Shown here: piece after piece, positions 23,781 to 36,289 of the stretch | Numbering within the stretch: the first letter of the stretch is position 1 | How the letters are laid out: every line of letters starts with the position of its first letter | Assembly (NCBI GenBank): GCA_028534125.1 | Contig: CM052817.1 | Span: 33,358,267 to 33,422,000, forward strand | Length of the DNA stretch: 63,734 nt | Origin: Lama glama | Taxonomy: Eukaryota | Direction of reading: 5' to 3' | Program-made: the position numbers and the translations under genes | Notes under the pieces: model-generated | The model's input: only the letters and a program-made list of their open reading frames with translations | Told to the model about the DNA's origin: nothing | Databases searched by the model: none

Positions 23781-25997
23781 CATGTGGCCAGGCTGCTGTG
23801 AGACCTGGCAGAGGCTGGAGGCTAAGATTTCGGTCATTCTGCAGCACAGTGACTGTGGGGGCATGGCCCCGTGGCTACCTTGTCTCTCTTTTGCTACATT
23901 AACTAGATGTGCAGCACTGACCTGGCCACGATTCTGTGTTATATTTTACTATTCCTTTCAAAATACTTTCTTAATCTTCCCACGGTCTACGTAGCCCACA
24001 GCCTTCTAAATTCACATATAGGATTATATATGAAATCTATCTATATAAAACACTTGAGTAACTTGACTGATTGCTGACTGATGGACAGGTGGGGAGGCAG
24101 ATGGACTCAACCAGACGTAGCTAACTCCCAGCACGTGAAACCTCTGCTCCTTCTCTGTGCCAGAACATCCTGTCCACTCTCCCACCTCCATGTCTTTGTA
24201 CCTACCAGCTCTTTTTTCTGGAATGCTCTCCTTTCTATCATCCTAAATTTCAGCTGCTTCCTGTAAGACCCCAGATCAAGTGTCCTTTTATCATGGTATC
24301 TTCCTTCTCAGACTGCTCTCACTAACAGCTGTCTCTCCGCCCCTCCCCTCCCGTCCCCTGGTCCCCGTCCCTTTCTCTCTCCCCAACCCCGCCAATTTTC
24401 AGTCCCTCTTTTCAGTACCACTCCCTTGGCCTGGCATTGTCTTTTGGGCTCATGTGAGGCTGTACATATTTTAAGTCATATACTTTTTGAAGCACCTCAT
24501 GCTTTTTATGTCCCCTGAATCCCCCAGTACCCCATCCCTTCACTCCCACCTCTCTCCATAGCCCGAGATGCAGTCACAGTGCCTTACAGCACGGGTTCAG
24601 AGAGTTACACACTTGCTGAAGAGCCCTCATGCACTCTCACGTGTTGCATGCGCGTGTTCATTTGACAATCCTGTTTATTTAGCCAAGACACAGAGTGAAA
24701 GGGAAGGGAAGTGGCCACGCCAGGCAAGAGCAGGTGCAGCGTGTCTGGATGGCGTTTCTCTTTCGCTCCTGGGTTCCCTCACAATGCACAGCTGCCGGCG
24801 GGACTCTCTACAAATGGGGCTCTGCCAGAGTGGAGGAAATGGCCCAGGCCTTGCTCGGCCACTGTCCTTTCAGCCTAGGGCTCACCCCACCCAGGAAGAA
24901 CTTCCACTCACAGTCCATGTACTTGCATTTGTGGGACTGTTTACAAGCATCAGGCTCTCCTGGATCTGACCTGGTCTCAGCACCCGTGAGACCACATCCT
25001 CATCCAGGGGAGAAGGCAGGGTCAGGGCCAGGAGACCCCAGCTGGACATCTTCTCTGACCCAGCTCTCAGCATCCCTGACAGTCCTGTTTCCTGATCTTG
25101 CCCAGGTGGATGGGATTCTGAGTCTCCCTGTCACCTAGAGAAAGGACTCCATCCTAGTGGAAATCAAGGAACCTTACAAAGGACATGAGGTCAACAGCAG
25201 AGCAGAGCCAAGCACACTCAGCTTCCCTGGCTCTTCTGATGCTGCCTGGAGGAGACAAGGCATTACACCCACAGTGGGCTCTCTGCCTCTCCTTACATTT
25301 GCTTTCTGCCCTAGGCTTCACCAGCCAGTATTGGAGGGGAAAAGGCCCTTCGTTGTGTGTACTTTATGAATCCATAATTCTCAGCAGCGTCAGCTCCATC
25401 GTGAGTGACTGCATTTAACAAATTTGGGGAGAACCCCAAATCCCACTCCCTTCAGTCTTATCAAGGATAAGACAGAGAGCTGATGCTAAACCAAAGCATT
25501 CGCTGAGATAGTTCTTTATAACCTAAACACTCCCAGCGACTCAGCTAGAACCAGCCTCTAAGTCAAGGTTGATGCTGGCTCAGGATGGAGCTCCATAAAT
25601 TAGATGTGCATTCATGTTCCATACGTGGGATAAGCCCTTAGTAGGTGCGTTGATGACTGTTTACTGGACACAATGGTGTAGGGCATGCATCTACATTCTG
25701 TGCTTCAGGAGCATCTTAAACCCCCTCTTCTTCAGATGCCCCTCATGCCCCATATTCAGTTACCAAGTCTTAAAGATAACTCCTTTGCAGAACCCATCCC
25801 TGTCTTCCTAGCCCCATCATCACCACCATGCCAGGTGAGGCACTTACCTGCTCACACCTGGACTCAGAGCTGGTATTGCAATTTGTCTTCACTCTACCTT
25901 AAAATCCCTGCCCTTACACCTTGCCACCTCCTTCCTTCTTTATTTCACCTACCTCTTCACTTTGCCCAGTTTCTCCTCCCCCTCTCTTTCTCTCTCT

Positions 25998-26490
25998 GTT
26001 GAGGAATAAATTACATCAAGTGCACACATCTTACCTGTAGAGTGCCATATATCTGTACACAGACACACACCTGTACTACCACCAGCAGTAAAGATATGGA
26101 CCATTTCCAGCCCTCTCCCCCAGCAGGCTCCTCTGCGGCCATTCCCAGCTGGTACCCTCCTCCAGGGTGACCATGATTCTGAACTCCATCACCCATCGAT
26201 TAGTCATGTCTATTTCTGAGCACCACAGAAATGCAGTCATACAATAGGAATGCTTGTGTCTGTACTATGTCAATCTGTGCTTCTCTCACTCAGAACTGTG
26301 TCTGTGAGCCTCATCTATGTCATTCATAAAATACTAGTATTTTATTTTTCTTTGCTGTGTAGTAATCCATGGTAGGAATGACTATGCTGCAATTTCTTTA
26401 ACCACGCCCCTATTGACAGACATTTGAGTTTCCATTTAGGGCTATTCCAAACGAAGCTGCTGTGAACATTCTTATCCAAGTCTTTGATTA
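25998..26490 (-). mobile_element. L1ME-like 3' end
   Basis: TTGAGGAATAAATTAC..AAGTGCACACATCTTA and GCTGCTGTGAACATTCTT. Confidence 0.7.
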
Positions 26491-26779
26491 CTCCTCATGC
26501 CCCACCTCAGTTTCTAATCCCTCCTTTCCCAGGTTTCTTGACCTCAGCCTACACATGTAGCCTGGACTCTGAACTCTTCTAATTTAAAAGAAGGAAATAA
26601 AAAAGGAAACAATTAAAAAAAAATTTTTCCAACCAGAGTCCACCTATTCACCACTCTTCCAATCTCCTTCCTTTGTTCCCCAAACTCCCTCCGGGAAGGA
26701 CGCCTGGGGTCTCCAAATCTGCAGCGCTCACTCAGGATGCAATGCCTCGTGGGGCTAGTCCTCTCCCGGCCACTCTTCC

Positions 26780-27150
26780 CCCTACACTCACCAATGCAGA
26801 CATGTCTCCTCCCCTGAAGCCAGTGATGAAATGACACTTAGGATGCTCTATGTCCTCCCATCTCACTGTCTGCAGCCCCAGCCCCGCCCTCCCAAACCGA
26901 CTTCTAATATCACTGATTTTATCTCCGTTCCTCAGCTGGGAGCCATCCCCACTCCTCTGGGCCCTACTGTTTGTCATTCGAGCCTCTTTCCTGGCATTCA
27001 CCACTGTCTGCCTAGCATTATTGTTACTTGGGAGTACCTCCCAGTACCTGCCCGGGTGTATGATCTGTGTCTGAGTCACCTCTGATTTGTCCTGACTCCC
27101 AGCACCATGGCTGGCACTGATAAGGCTTATTATTAAATGAATACTATCAT
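26780..27150 (+). mobile_element. L2 fragments
   Basis: CCCAGCACCATGGCTGGCAC..TTATTAAATGAAT tail. Confidence 0.5.
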
Positions 27151-28234
27151 TCATTTATTACTTATTCTTAATAATTATTAAGTGATAAATTATTAAATCA
27201 TTTGCTACCTCTACCCATATTATGAAGAATCTACCTCTGAAACACATCTGAAAAGTTTAAAGCTTTTAAACTTTAAAAAACAAGATGAGGGAATCTAGTG
27301 TGTGTGTGTGTGGCCTCAGAATTCTCAGGTCAGGGTGGCCTTGAGTCGACGACCACATCAGTGCCTGAGGATGTGGGGGCCGCGTGGGGCCACTCAGGCC
27401 ACACAAGGACAGGCTGCTCTTGGACATTCAGGTGGTTTCAGAGATCCTTCAGCCCCAAGTCAACCTCACTGAGGACTGCAACACTCAGAAGAGGGCAGAA
27501 GAGGGAAAGATCACAGGCATTCACCAGACCCCACAGCTGACTGCAGCTAACTCAGCCTTGCAGAATTTCTCTGTGATGCCTCAGAGTCAACTTTTTTATC
27601 CCAATATTTTCACTACTCGATGACAGCTGGTTTTTCTATTTGATTTCTGCCTGTGTGCACCAGGGTGTGATTGAAAGGAACCAACTTTATCCTCCAGTTT
27701 TCCTCTTGGTCTTGAAATAAGACCAACCTAACTAAACCCACGATTTACCGAAAGTTAGATGGGTATGACATCACTTTCGGATGCCAAACACTTAAGTTTT
27801 TCACCATAGACTAAGCCTGTAGGACTCTGCCCACCAGCCAGGGAAATGATGCCCTGCAGGGGAACACGGCCTTCTTTGTAACATTCCTGCCTAGGCATTT
27901 CTGTTCCCTTTGTGGGCCGTCCTTCAGAGACAGGCTGTGAAAGTCCCCTCTCCTTTCCAACGAGCACCACCAAAAGGGCAGCTTTCTCAGTTGTCTGGGA
28001 CTCACATTTCAGAAGAAATGTTAGTTCAATGACTTCTTGGTTTCACATTTTAATCTAGAAATATTATTGATCTAGTGGTCTGAGCAGCAACCTTGGTTTT
28101 TATCCTCAAAGGGGAAAAGATGGTGAAATTTGCTTGAAAGGCAGCCTCCAAGATGAGCCTTGTAACTATGAATCACTCACTAACATTTTCTGGGAGGGGA
28201 AAAAAAGGCGATTGGCTTTTTGAAAATGCACAGA

Positions 28235-28895
28235 CCTTAGTTTTTACACCATAGCAAAGTTTAGGGGCAAATATAGAGTTACAGTGTCCCCCAAGCCCCC
28301 ACCTATGCCCCTGTGGTCAACGTCCCCCACCAGAGTGGTGCATTTGTTACAACTGATGAACTTATACTGATACATCATCATCACCCGAAGTCCATAGTTT
28401 TAATTAGGGTTCACTCTTGGTTGCACATTCTATGGGTTTTGACAAATGTATGTAATAACATGTGTCCACAATATAGATTTACTGTAGTATCACACAGAGT
28501 AGATTTACAGCCCTAAATATCCTCTGCCTCCACCTATTCACCCCTCCTTCCCCAACACCTGGCAACCACTGATCTTTTTGCTGTCTCCATAGTTTCACAT
28601 TTCCCAGAATGTCATTTATTTCAAATCATACAGTAGGTAGCATTTTCAGATTGGCTTCTTTCATTTAGTGATATGCCCCTAAGGTTCCTCCATGTCTTTT
28701 TGTTGTCTGATAGCTTATTTCTTTTTAGCACTGAGTAATATCTCATTGTCTGGTGGTAGCACTGTTTGTTTATCCATTCACCTACTAAAGGATGTATTGG
28801 TTGCTTCAAAGGATTGGCAATTATGAATAAAGCTATAAACATCCGCGTGTGAGTTCTTGTGTAGACAAGTTTTCAATTCAGCTGGGTCAATGAAG
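28235..28895 (-). mobile_element. L1MC1/2-like 3' end
   Basis: CCCCACCAGAGTGGTGCATTTGTTACAACTGATGAAC; ORF track 28621-28842 resembles the L1 ORF2 C-terminus. Confidence 0.85.
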
Positions 28896-29443
28896 ATGAT
28901 CGTTTTTTGAAACAAACTTGACAGCCACCATTTCTGACTCCCACCAGAAGCACAAAGCTTCACCATCATCTGAGACATTATCTCTCTGTTAAGGACTGTT
29001 CTACGTGCTCTAGGTGCAGACACAGAGAAGAATGGGGGTTTCTGTCCTCACTTCATGGTATGAAAGGGAAGGTCAACGTGGAAATTCACTGAGAAACATG
29101 ACAGTATGTAGTGTGTGCTGAAAGAGAAGCTCTACAATGGAGAAGTGGAAGGGAAAAGGTAAATACTTAAGTACACCTATAACAACAGAGAAAGAAAGAC
29201 TAAGAGAAGGTAGAAGTTAGTAGCTACTTCACTAATATTCCAATTTACACAGTAAAGCGAGCGCAGTTGTCTTTACACACCCCCTCCACTCCTTCCAGTG
29301 TCTCTCCCTCCCTTCAGCCTCCTCAGTCCAAGGGGACACATTGTCAATCCCCAAGCAGCTCCAACAAAGGGTCGAAATGGCCAGATGTACCACTTTACGT
29401 GGAGGAGTCAATGAACCCAAGTCGAAATGAACGTATTGCCCTC

Positions 29444-29908
29444 TGTGCTGGGTTGAATCATGGCTCCCAAAAGCTAGGTCCGTGTCATAATTCCTACAAT
29501 GTATGAATGTCACCTTACTCCAAAAAACGATCTTGCAGATACAAATATGTTAGGGCTCTCCAAATGAGGAAATCACCCTCGATTATCTGGATGGGTCCTG
29601 TCCTAAGTCCAGTGACAAGTATCCTATTAAGAGACACATGTTAGAGAAGATGGACAGAAGAGGAGGCAGTGATGTGACCAGATAGGCAGTGACTGGGGGA
29701 ATGTGACCACAATCAGGGAAAACCTACAGCCACCAGAAGCGGGAAGAGGCAAAGAACAGACTGTTTCCTAGGGTCTCCAGAGGAAGTGGGGGCCTCCTAC
29801 ACCTTGCTCTCAGGTTTCTGACCTCCAGTACTCTAAAAGAAGAAAGCTCTGCTGTTTTAAGCCACAGTTTGAGGCAATTTGTTACAGCAACCACAAGAAA
29901 CGAATAGA
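29444..29908 (+). mobile_element. MaLR solo LTR (MLT1C/D-like) with 5-bp TSD
   Basis: Starts TGTGCTGGGTTGAAT and ends GAAACGAATAGA; CCCTC at 29439-29443 and 29909-29913. Confidence 0.9.
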
Positions 29909-30697
29909 CCCTCCTAAGGACATTTTTACTTTAATAAACCTAATATATTGATTGATAATGTTGTTTTGGAGTCAGGCCTTTGGGCCATCCAGCACCTGAA
30001 TCCCTCCCATGTTAGGCAGGTATCAGATACATCGTGGATGATATAGTTTCATTTCATTAGAATGATTCGTCCGTCAAGTTGTAGCCTTGCACGTGTGGTT
30101 GAAGAGCTGGGTGAACTCTGGAAGTCCTGTTCTCACTCTATTCTTTTCCATCTGCCCTACTTTCTTCTTCCACCAACTGAAAGCTTGTTGAATGCAGGAA
30201 CTCATTCCCTACAATGTTTCAGGGCACATAACAAATACTGGGTGTGCACTTAGTATCATTTGGCCATAAAATAGAAAGTGTATGTGGCTTCCATGAATTA
30301 AGGAGGCCAACAATGCTCATAGAAATATAAATTCCTAATGAATCTCCCTTTGTCCAGCCTCTCCCTTTCCCACATATACTCTGTTCTGTAGCCAGACTTA
30401 CTTTTCTAATATGAAAATATAATGATTCTTAAATACTTTCATTGGCTCTCCGTCCTACAAAGGCCAGAGCTGAAAGTCACTTGGCAGGGACAAAACACGG
30501 AAAGGACTTCACAATCTGGCTTCAAGCCTCCTTTTTAGTTAACCTGTCATCCTTCCACCATCAAGTTCTCCATGCCTCAAGGGCATCATGTTCTTTCAGG
30601 CTTCAGCTTGGGCCAAACTGGGATATTCGATAACCCCAAGATGCTGGTCTCTTCACCTGCAACACACCATTTCTCCTCCCTCTACTGTACAATCAAT

Positions 30698-31084
30698 TGT
30701 GACAGAGATAATACTTTATGAATACAAACTATTTCAGTTTCTTCCTGGACACACTGGAAGATTACATTTTCTAGTTCCACTGATCTAGGTGGGGTTATAT
30801 GTCCAGTTCTGGCCAATGGTATTCTAGTGGATGTGATGTCTGTCACTTCCTGATCTGGCTTCTAAATGCCCTGTGCTCTGTCTCCCCCATCATCATCTGA
30901 TGGCTGGATGTGGAAGATGTCAAGGTCCCAAAGGCCTGTGGGATGAAAGGATCTGGGGTCCCAGAATCACCATATGGAAGACAATGTACCCAATACTCAA
31001 TTCGAAGTGAGAAGGAAATCTTGCAGTATTTTAATCACTGAGATGAGCTTGTTTGTTACAGCATTTCCTATCCTGACTAATACA
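30698..31084 (+). mobile_element. MaLR solo LTR (MLT1H/I-like)
   Basis: TGT...CAGTTCTGGCCAATGG...CCTGACTAATACA; flanks TCAAT/TCCAT match at 4 of 5 positions. Confidence 0.75.
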
Positions 31085-31149
31085 TCCATCCTTGAACAGC
31101 AGCTAAGTATCAATTTCTGTGAGTTGCCCTTAACACCCCTTTCTTGGTA

Positions 31150-32310
31150 TTTTCCTAACACTTCGTTGTTGTTTTTCTTTACAAAAATTTTCATGTTATT
31201 TTTAGTGATAGAATTAATAGAATAATATCACAGACTGCTTGGAAAACAGTTCTTAAAAATTACTCATAAGCCTATCACTTTAACAATAACCTTGATCATT
31301 TTTTGCATAATTCCCTTCTCTCTTTAATATGTGCACATTTTTCACAGCATATTTCAAAAATGTAATCTTTATTTCTGTCTCACTCCAAAAATTATTTTAA
31401 GGTAGAGATACATATAATTTTGTATCTCACTTTTTCTCTTCACATAATGACATAAGCATTTTTTCTACATTGAGAGGTTCCTGATAACCGTCACCTTTAA
31501 TGAGTGTGCAATATTGCATTAAATGGATAGGCTGTAATTTACTTAATTATTGCTCTGTTTGGGGGCATTTGACTATTTTCATTTTTATTATGGATAATAA
31601 TATGGTGAATATCTTCACAAATACAAATTCATATTTCGGTTTATTTTCCTAGGATAGACTCTCAGTAGTGAGCTTATCGGTGTGAATAATTTTATTGGCT
31701 TTATACAGTCAGCCCTCGCTATCCATGGATTCGGTATCCAAGAATTCAACCAACTGCAGATCCAAAATATTAAAAAAAAAAAGTCCAGAAAGTTCCAAAC
31801 AACAAAACTTGAAGTTGCTGCACTTTGGTATTTATTTCACAGCATTTACATTGTATTAAGTAATCTAGGGATGATTTAAAGTATACAGGAGACTGTGCAT
31901 AGATTGTATGCAAATACTACATGATTTTATATAAGGGACTTGAGTATCCATGAACTTTGGTATCTGTGGGGTGTTTTGCAACCAATCTTCCATGGCTACT
32001 GAGAGATCAGTATATTCATCTCCAAACTACTTTCTAGAAAGTGGAAGGATGCTCATCTTACTGCATCCCCTCAGAGATTATTTATACCATCTTTAATTTA
32101 ACTAAAGAAAGATTGAACTTATTTGTATTTTGACTTACTTATTACTGATTATTAATTGAGTTAAACTTTTCTTCATAAGATTATCTTCTCCTCCTTTCAA
32201 TTTGGTTAGGTATCTGTTTGGGTTATTATATACTTGTCTATCTTTAACAATTGATTCATTTCTTGCTTGTGTTTATAATGTACTTAATAAAGGTATCAAT
32301 CCTTTGTCAT
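31150..32310 (-). mobile_element. L1ME-like fragment interrupted by MER2
   Basis: GGGCATTTGACTATTTTC, TTTCCTAGGATAGACTCTCAGTAGTG; resumes after 32012 with CCAAACTACTTTCTAGAAA. Confidence 0.6.
31706..32010. mobile_element. MER2 (TcMar-Tigger)
   Basis: TA|CAGTCAGCCCTC start, TA at 32011-32012; collinear with 653-968. Confidence 0.85.
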
Positions 32311-32769
32311 ATCATCCATGGCTGTTCAAATTTATTTATTCAACAAATATTTTTTGAGCCCCACTTTGTGTCAGGCACTGTCTAGGTACTGTAGACACAT
32401 TAGATAAAAATCTGATAAAAATCAGATGTGAACAAATCAGATAAAAAATATTCCTGTCCTCATGTTTCCTCTCTTTCATTAGACAGTAATTGTAAGTTTA
32501 TTTGCATTACCCTCTTCCAATTATACTGTGAGTAACTAGAGGTTAGGAATGGGATTCTAGCTTATTTACTTTGATTTCTCCATTGCCTTTCATCACATTG
32601 TGGCACAAAGAAATGCTGGTTTGTGCAGAGAGAGAGGACTATTGTACAAAATGTTCAAAATGATGTTTCTAGCTCCCTAACATTTGGGCACATTTTAGCT
32701 TAATGCTTCGCATGCACTAGAATAAAAACTGGCTTCTCTACTGCCACGGACCTAAGGATACCAACTCCA

Positions 32770-33045
32770 TGATTATCAATGCTGCCCATCAGATTTACTT
32801 GAAAAGTTAAAAAAAAAATACACAAAACAAAACCACTTAATTCCCAGCACCCACTTCCAGACCAACTAAGTCAAAAACTCCAGTTTTTGGTTTTTTTTTC
32901 AGTGGAGGTACTGGGGATTGAACCCAGGACCTTGTGCGTGCTAAGCATATGCTCTACCATTGAGTTATAGCCAAGCCCACCCTTGCTCCAGTATTTTTTA
33001 AAGCTCTCCAGTGATTTTAATGTGCAATCAGGACTGAAAACCACA
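32770..33045. mobile_element. MER5-like element interrupted by a SINE
   Basis: CCAGACCAACTAAGTCA and AAAGCTCTCCAGTGATTTTAATGTGCAATCAGG..GAAAACCAC. Confidence 0.6.
32885..32985 (-). mobile_element. tRNA-Ala-derived SINE (camelid vic-1 type), short form
   Basis: Reverse strand reads TCAATGGTAGAGCATATGCTTAGCACGCACAAGGTCCTGGGTTCAATCCCCAGTACCTCCA plus A-tail; CTCCAGT repeated at 32878 and 32986. Confidence 0.85.
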
Positions 33046-35339
33046 GAAGAGGCTACAATGTTTGAAGGAGGGTCAGGTGAGAGAAACTGGAAGGTATTTC
33101 TTCCCTCTGGTTGGCAGGAAACAGAGCTGCTTAAATTCTTTGCTTCTCTTTCCTTTTTTTCCCTCTATCTAAATAGATTCATTTAAGTCCATTCAAGTCC
33201 AAGTCCATTCTTTATGGAGAGCGACACTGATGTGGAAAAAGTCCAAAGCCAATATTTGATGGAAAGTCTGTTCACTCTAGACATTCAAGTGTGACCGTGA
33301 AAGCTACACTGAAATGGATACTCTGTGAAAGTGAGGGCTTTGTTCTGTTTACTTAGCGTCCCCAGAGCCTAATGCCATGACTTGGGGACACTTGTTACAG
33401 CACCTAGCAGCCCAGCCTGACTAATCCACTCCTTGAAGCTTCTGTGAAGACTTTCCCAATTCTCCCAGGAAGAAATGAAACCCATCGAGAAAATACTGTT
33501 AGCATCCACCATTCCCAGAGACGAGAGAAAACCATGCGATGACCCAGATGGCAGTCACTGGCGAGGACTTCTCTCACCATCTGGCATTAGCGGGGTGGGG
33601 CAGGGCATCAGCAGGCGAGCTCCTGCAGGCTGGCAGCAGAACCAAGTATAGCAGCCCTGCCACTCCTAGGAGGCTGATCTCACACCAGCTACTGCCAGAG
33701 AGGAAATGAGGACTTTCTGGATGGCCCCACTTAATTCAAATGGTTTAGAACAGGTTCTATTTTAAATGGACCATCTGGTATAAATTCACATACTAAACAG
33801 GGATACATACCAAAGCATTCCTCCACCTCCCCAGAACGTCAAAGCCGTACTTGTAGTCTTTCCTTTCACCCCTAGACAATATAAATACCAAAGTCAACGG
33901 CTTTTGTTCTCCTTCCTTGGGAATGTTCAAAAAAGGAGGCCTCATTTTAAGCCTGGAAAAAAGCAGTTCTTACACAATAACTTGAAATACTATTTTTCTA
34001 ACTCAATCACTCTGTTTTCTGGTAAATTGTGACCACTTGCTTCGGGAACACTCACTGGAAATTAAATCTGATAACATAACTGTAACACGCAAATGACAAG
34101 TACTTTGGAATTCTCTGGCATTTGTGCTTGGGGTGAGTTTTCCACAGCCTGTTTTTCTACCACGTAGTAAACAGGAAATACCTCTTAAAGTTTTTGAAAA
34201 ACTCAATAATGGAAAAAAAAAAACAGTTCAGGGATGTGTTGGGCAATGAAGAGGTTATTTTGTTGTTTGAGCTTCATAAAGAGATGTTTGCCACTGTCGG
34301 TATCTTTCCCCTGGGAAATCACCTCTTGAAATCGAGGAGAAATTCAGCTCTCAAAGAGAACCAGAGAGAAGTCAGATGGCACCTCATTCTACTTCGGAAA
34401 GCCCAGAGTCCTTTGGGGTTTGTACAACAGCCTTGCTCAAAACACTGAGGTTACCATCTTAGTTTCTCCAGGAGAAACAGTTACCCAACAAGCCACTGTC
34501 TTTTCTCCTTCTGTTTCAAGCACTTTCTATAATCCCTACAATGTAGGAGGTCAAATAAAGAATTCACCCTTCAGTTCCTGGTCAGACATCATGAAATTTA
34601 TTCCCCAAATGTTCATGTTCTGATTCACAAGCTTTAGAGGCAAAGGAAGCTCTGCTCTTCGCCGAGCCTGAAAGTAACATGCAGAACTTAAGGCCATTAG
34701 GAAAGCTAAGAATTTCTCCATCATAGCCCAGAATCAGTTGGTGTCTTCCAATGCATCTCAAGTAAATGTCAAGTTTTTCCAACTGAATCGAGAGACATTT
34801 AAAAGTGGCATTTGGGTGGAACATGACAGGAAGGAGTAAAGAGCTTTAGCGAAGAGGCAGGGTTATCTTGGATTTGTAGGTCTTGCAAATATTTATGCAA
34901 GGTGCTAAAAAGTAGCATCTCTCTTTAAAATTATTGGCCAAAGTGGGCTTATGCTTTTACTTTGTAAGTAAATATTGCTGCAACATCCTAAACAGATTTA
35001 TTAGGCCTGTCACCAACAGCCAAATATTTATGTAAGCTCCGTGGGTTGAAAAGGTAATTGAAGGAGACTGTTTTAACCACAGCATTGTAAATGTTTAAGG
35101 TAACATCCTGTCTCTTTGAAACCATCCCACCTAGCCATATCATCATATTTATAATAAAAAGACAACACGTTCAAAGTGATGCATTATTTCCTGCCGTCTA
35201 CAGTCAGGCTTCTGTCCTTTTATCACAGCCAAGCAGAAAAAAAGAAATTATTTCAGAGAGATCCTTGTAAGCAATACCTGGGAAAAAGTCACTGATGTTA
35301 TTAGTGGGAGTTGGGAGGGAGAGTGAAAATGTAATTGTT

Positions 35340-35986
35340 GTGGCAAATCTCAGAGATACTGAGGGTTCAGTTCCAGACAACCACAATAAAGGGAATATCA
35401 GAATAAAGCATGTCACACTAGTTTTTGGGTTTCCCAGTGCACATAAAAGTTGTGTTTACACTATACTGCAGTCTATTAAGTGTGGAATAAATAGCATTAT
35501 GTCTAGAAAAACAATGTACATACCTTAATTTAAAAATACTTTATTGCTGGTTACCATGTTTCCCTTTGTTATTGTAATTTGTGGGGAAGTACTGTTGAGA
35601 CCACATAAATATCCTGTCAAAGTTGAACTCAATGGTTTTAGCATCTATAGATGATTCTGGGCTGAATTGATTATTTCTATAATGGTTGCAAAATGGTAAC
35701 TTTTCAACTCTTTTTTCTTTTACCAAATGTTGTTTTAAAATGTAATGTTTTGTAGCAAGTAAGTGCATTCTTTCATATGGCAGATACATCAGAAATAAAC
35801 TTGTATTATGGCTGTTAAGGTGAAAAAAAAATACTTTATTGCTAAAAATACTAACCATCATCTGACAATACAGGGTTGCCACAAACCTTCAATTTGTTAA
35901 AAAAAAAAAAAACCCAAAACCAAAAGAAACATGGTATCTGAGAAGCAGAATAAAGCACAGTGCTAATAAAAAACAAGTTATGCCTT
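35340..35986. mobile_element. Tigger2a-like TcMar element split by a retroposed insert
   Basis: GAGATACTGAGGGTTCAGTTCCAGACAACCACAATAAAG start, CAGGGTTGCCACAAACCTTCAATTTG, and TTATGCCT end. Confidence 0.8.
35549..35826 (+). pseudogene. 5'-truncated retrocopy of a transcript 3' end (or orphan transduction); source unidentified
   Basis: 17-bp TSD AAAAATACTTTATTGCT at 35532-35548 and 35827-35843; AATAAA at 35794-35799; A-run from 35823. Confidence 0.7.
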
Positions 35987-36146
35987 TAACAGGGAATTGT
36001 TTTTTAAAAATGTCATTAGATCTTGCTAAGAATACACAGATACATTTAATAGCTGTATTCATTATTCAGTCGATCTATTTTGCTTTAAAAGTGCCTCAAT
36101 AACTACTCGTAAGGTTTGGTCCCAAGTCTGATCTGATTACCAGAAT

Positions 36147-36150
<4 letters not shown>

Positions 36151-36194
<44 letters not shown>
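36151..36194. repeat. (TG)n microsatellite
   Basis: Pure TG run. Confidence 0.97.
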
Positions 36195-36196
<2 letters not shown>

Positions 36197-36289
36197 ACTA
36201 GCTGAGTGAATGAGTGAATTCTGGGCTTTACTAAGCTCCAACTGGTCTCATTTGCCTGTGGTCGTATTGGTTTCAGTATCAGACTGCGC

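Noticed and set aside
24568..25138. Overlapping 133-aa and 147-aa ORFs
   Set aside because: No recognisable protein features; lengths are compatible with chance in GC-richer DNA
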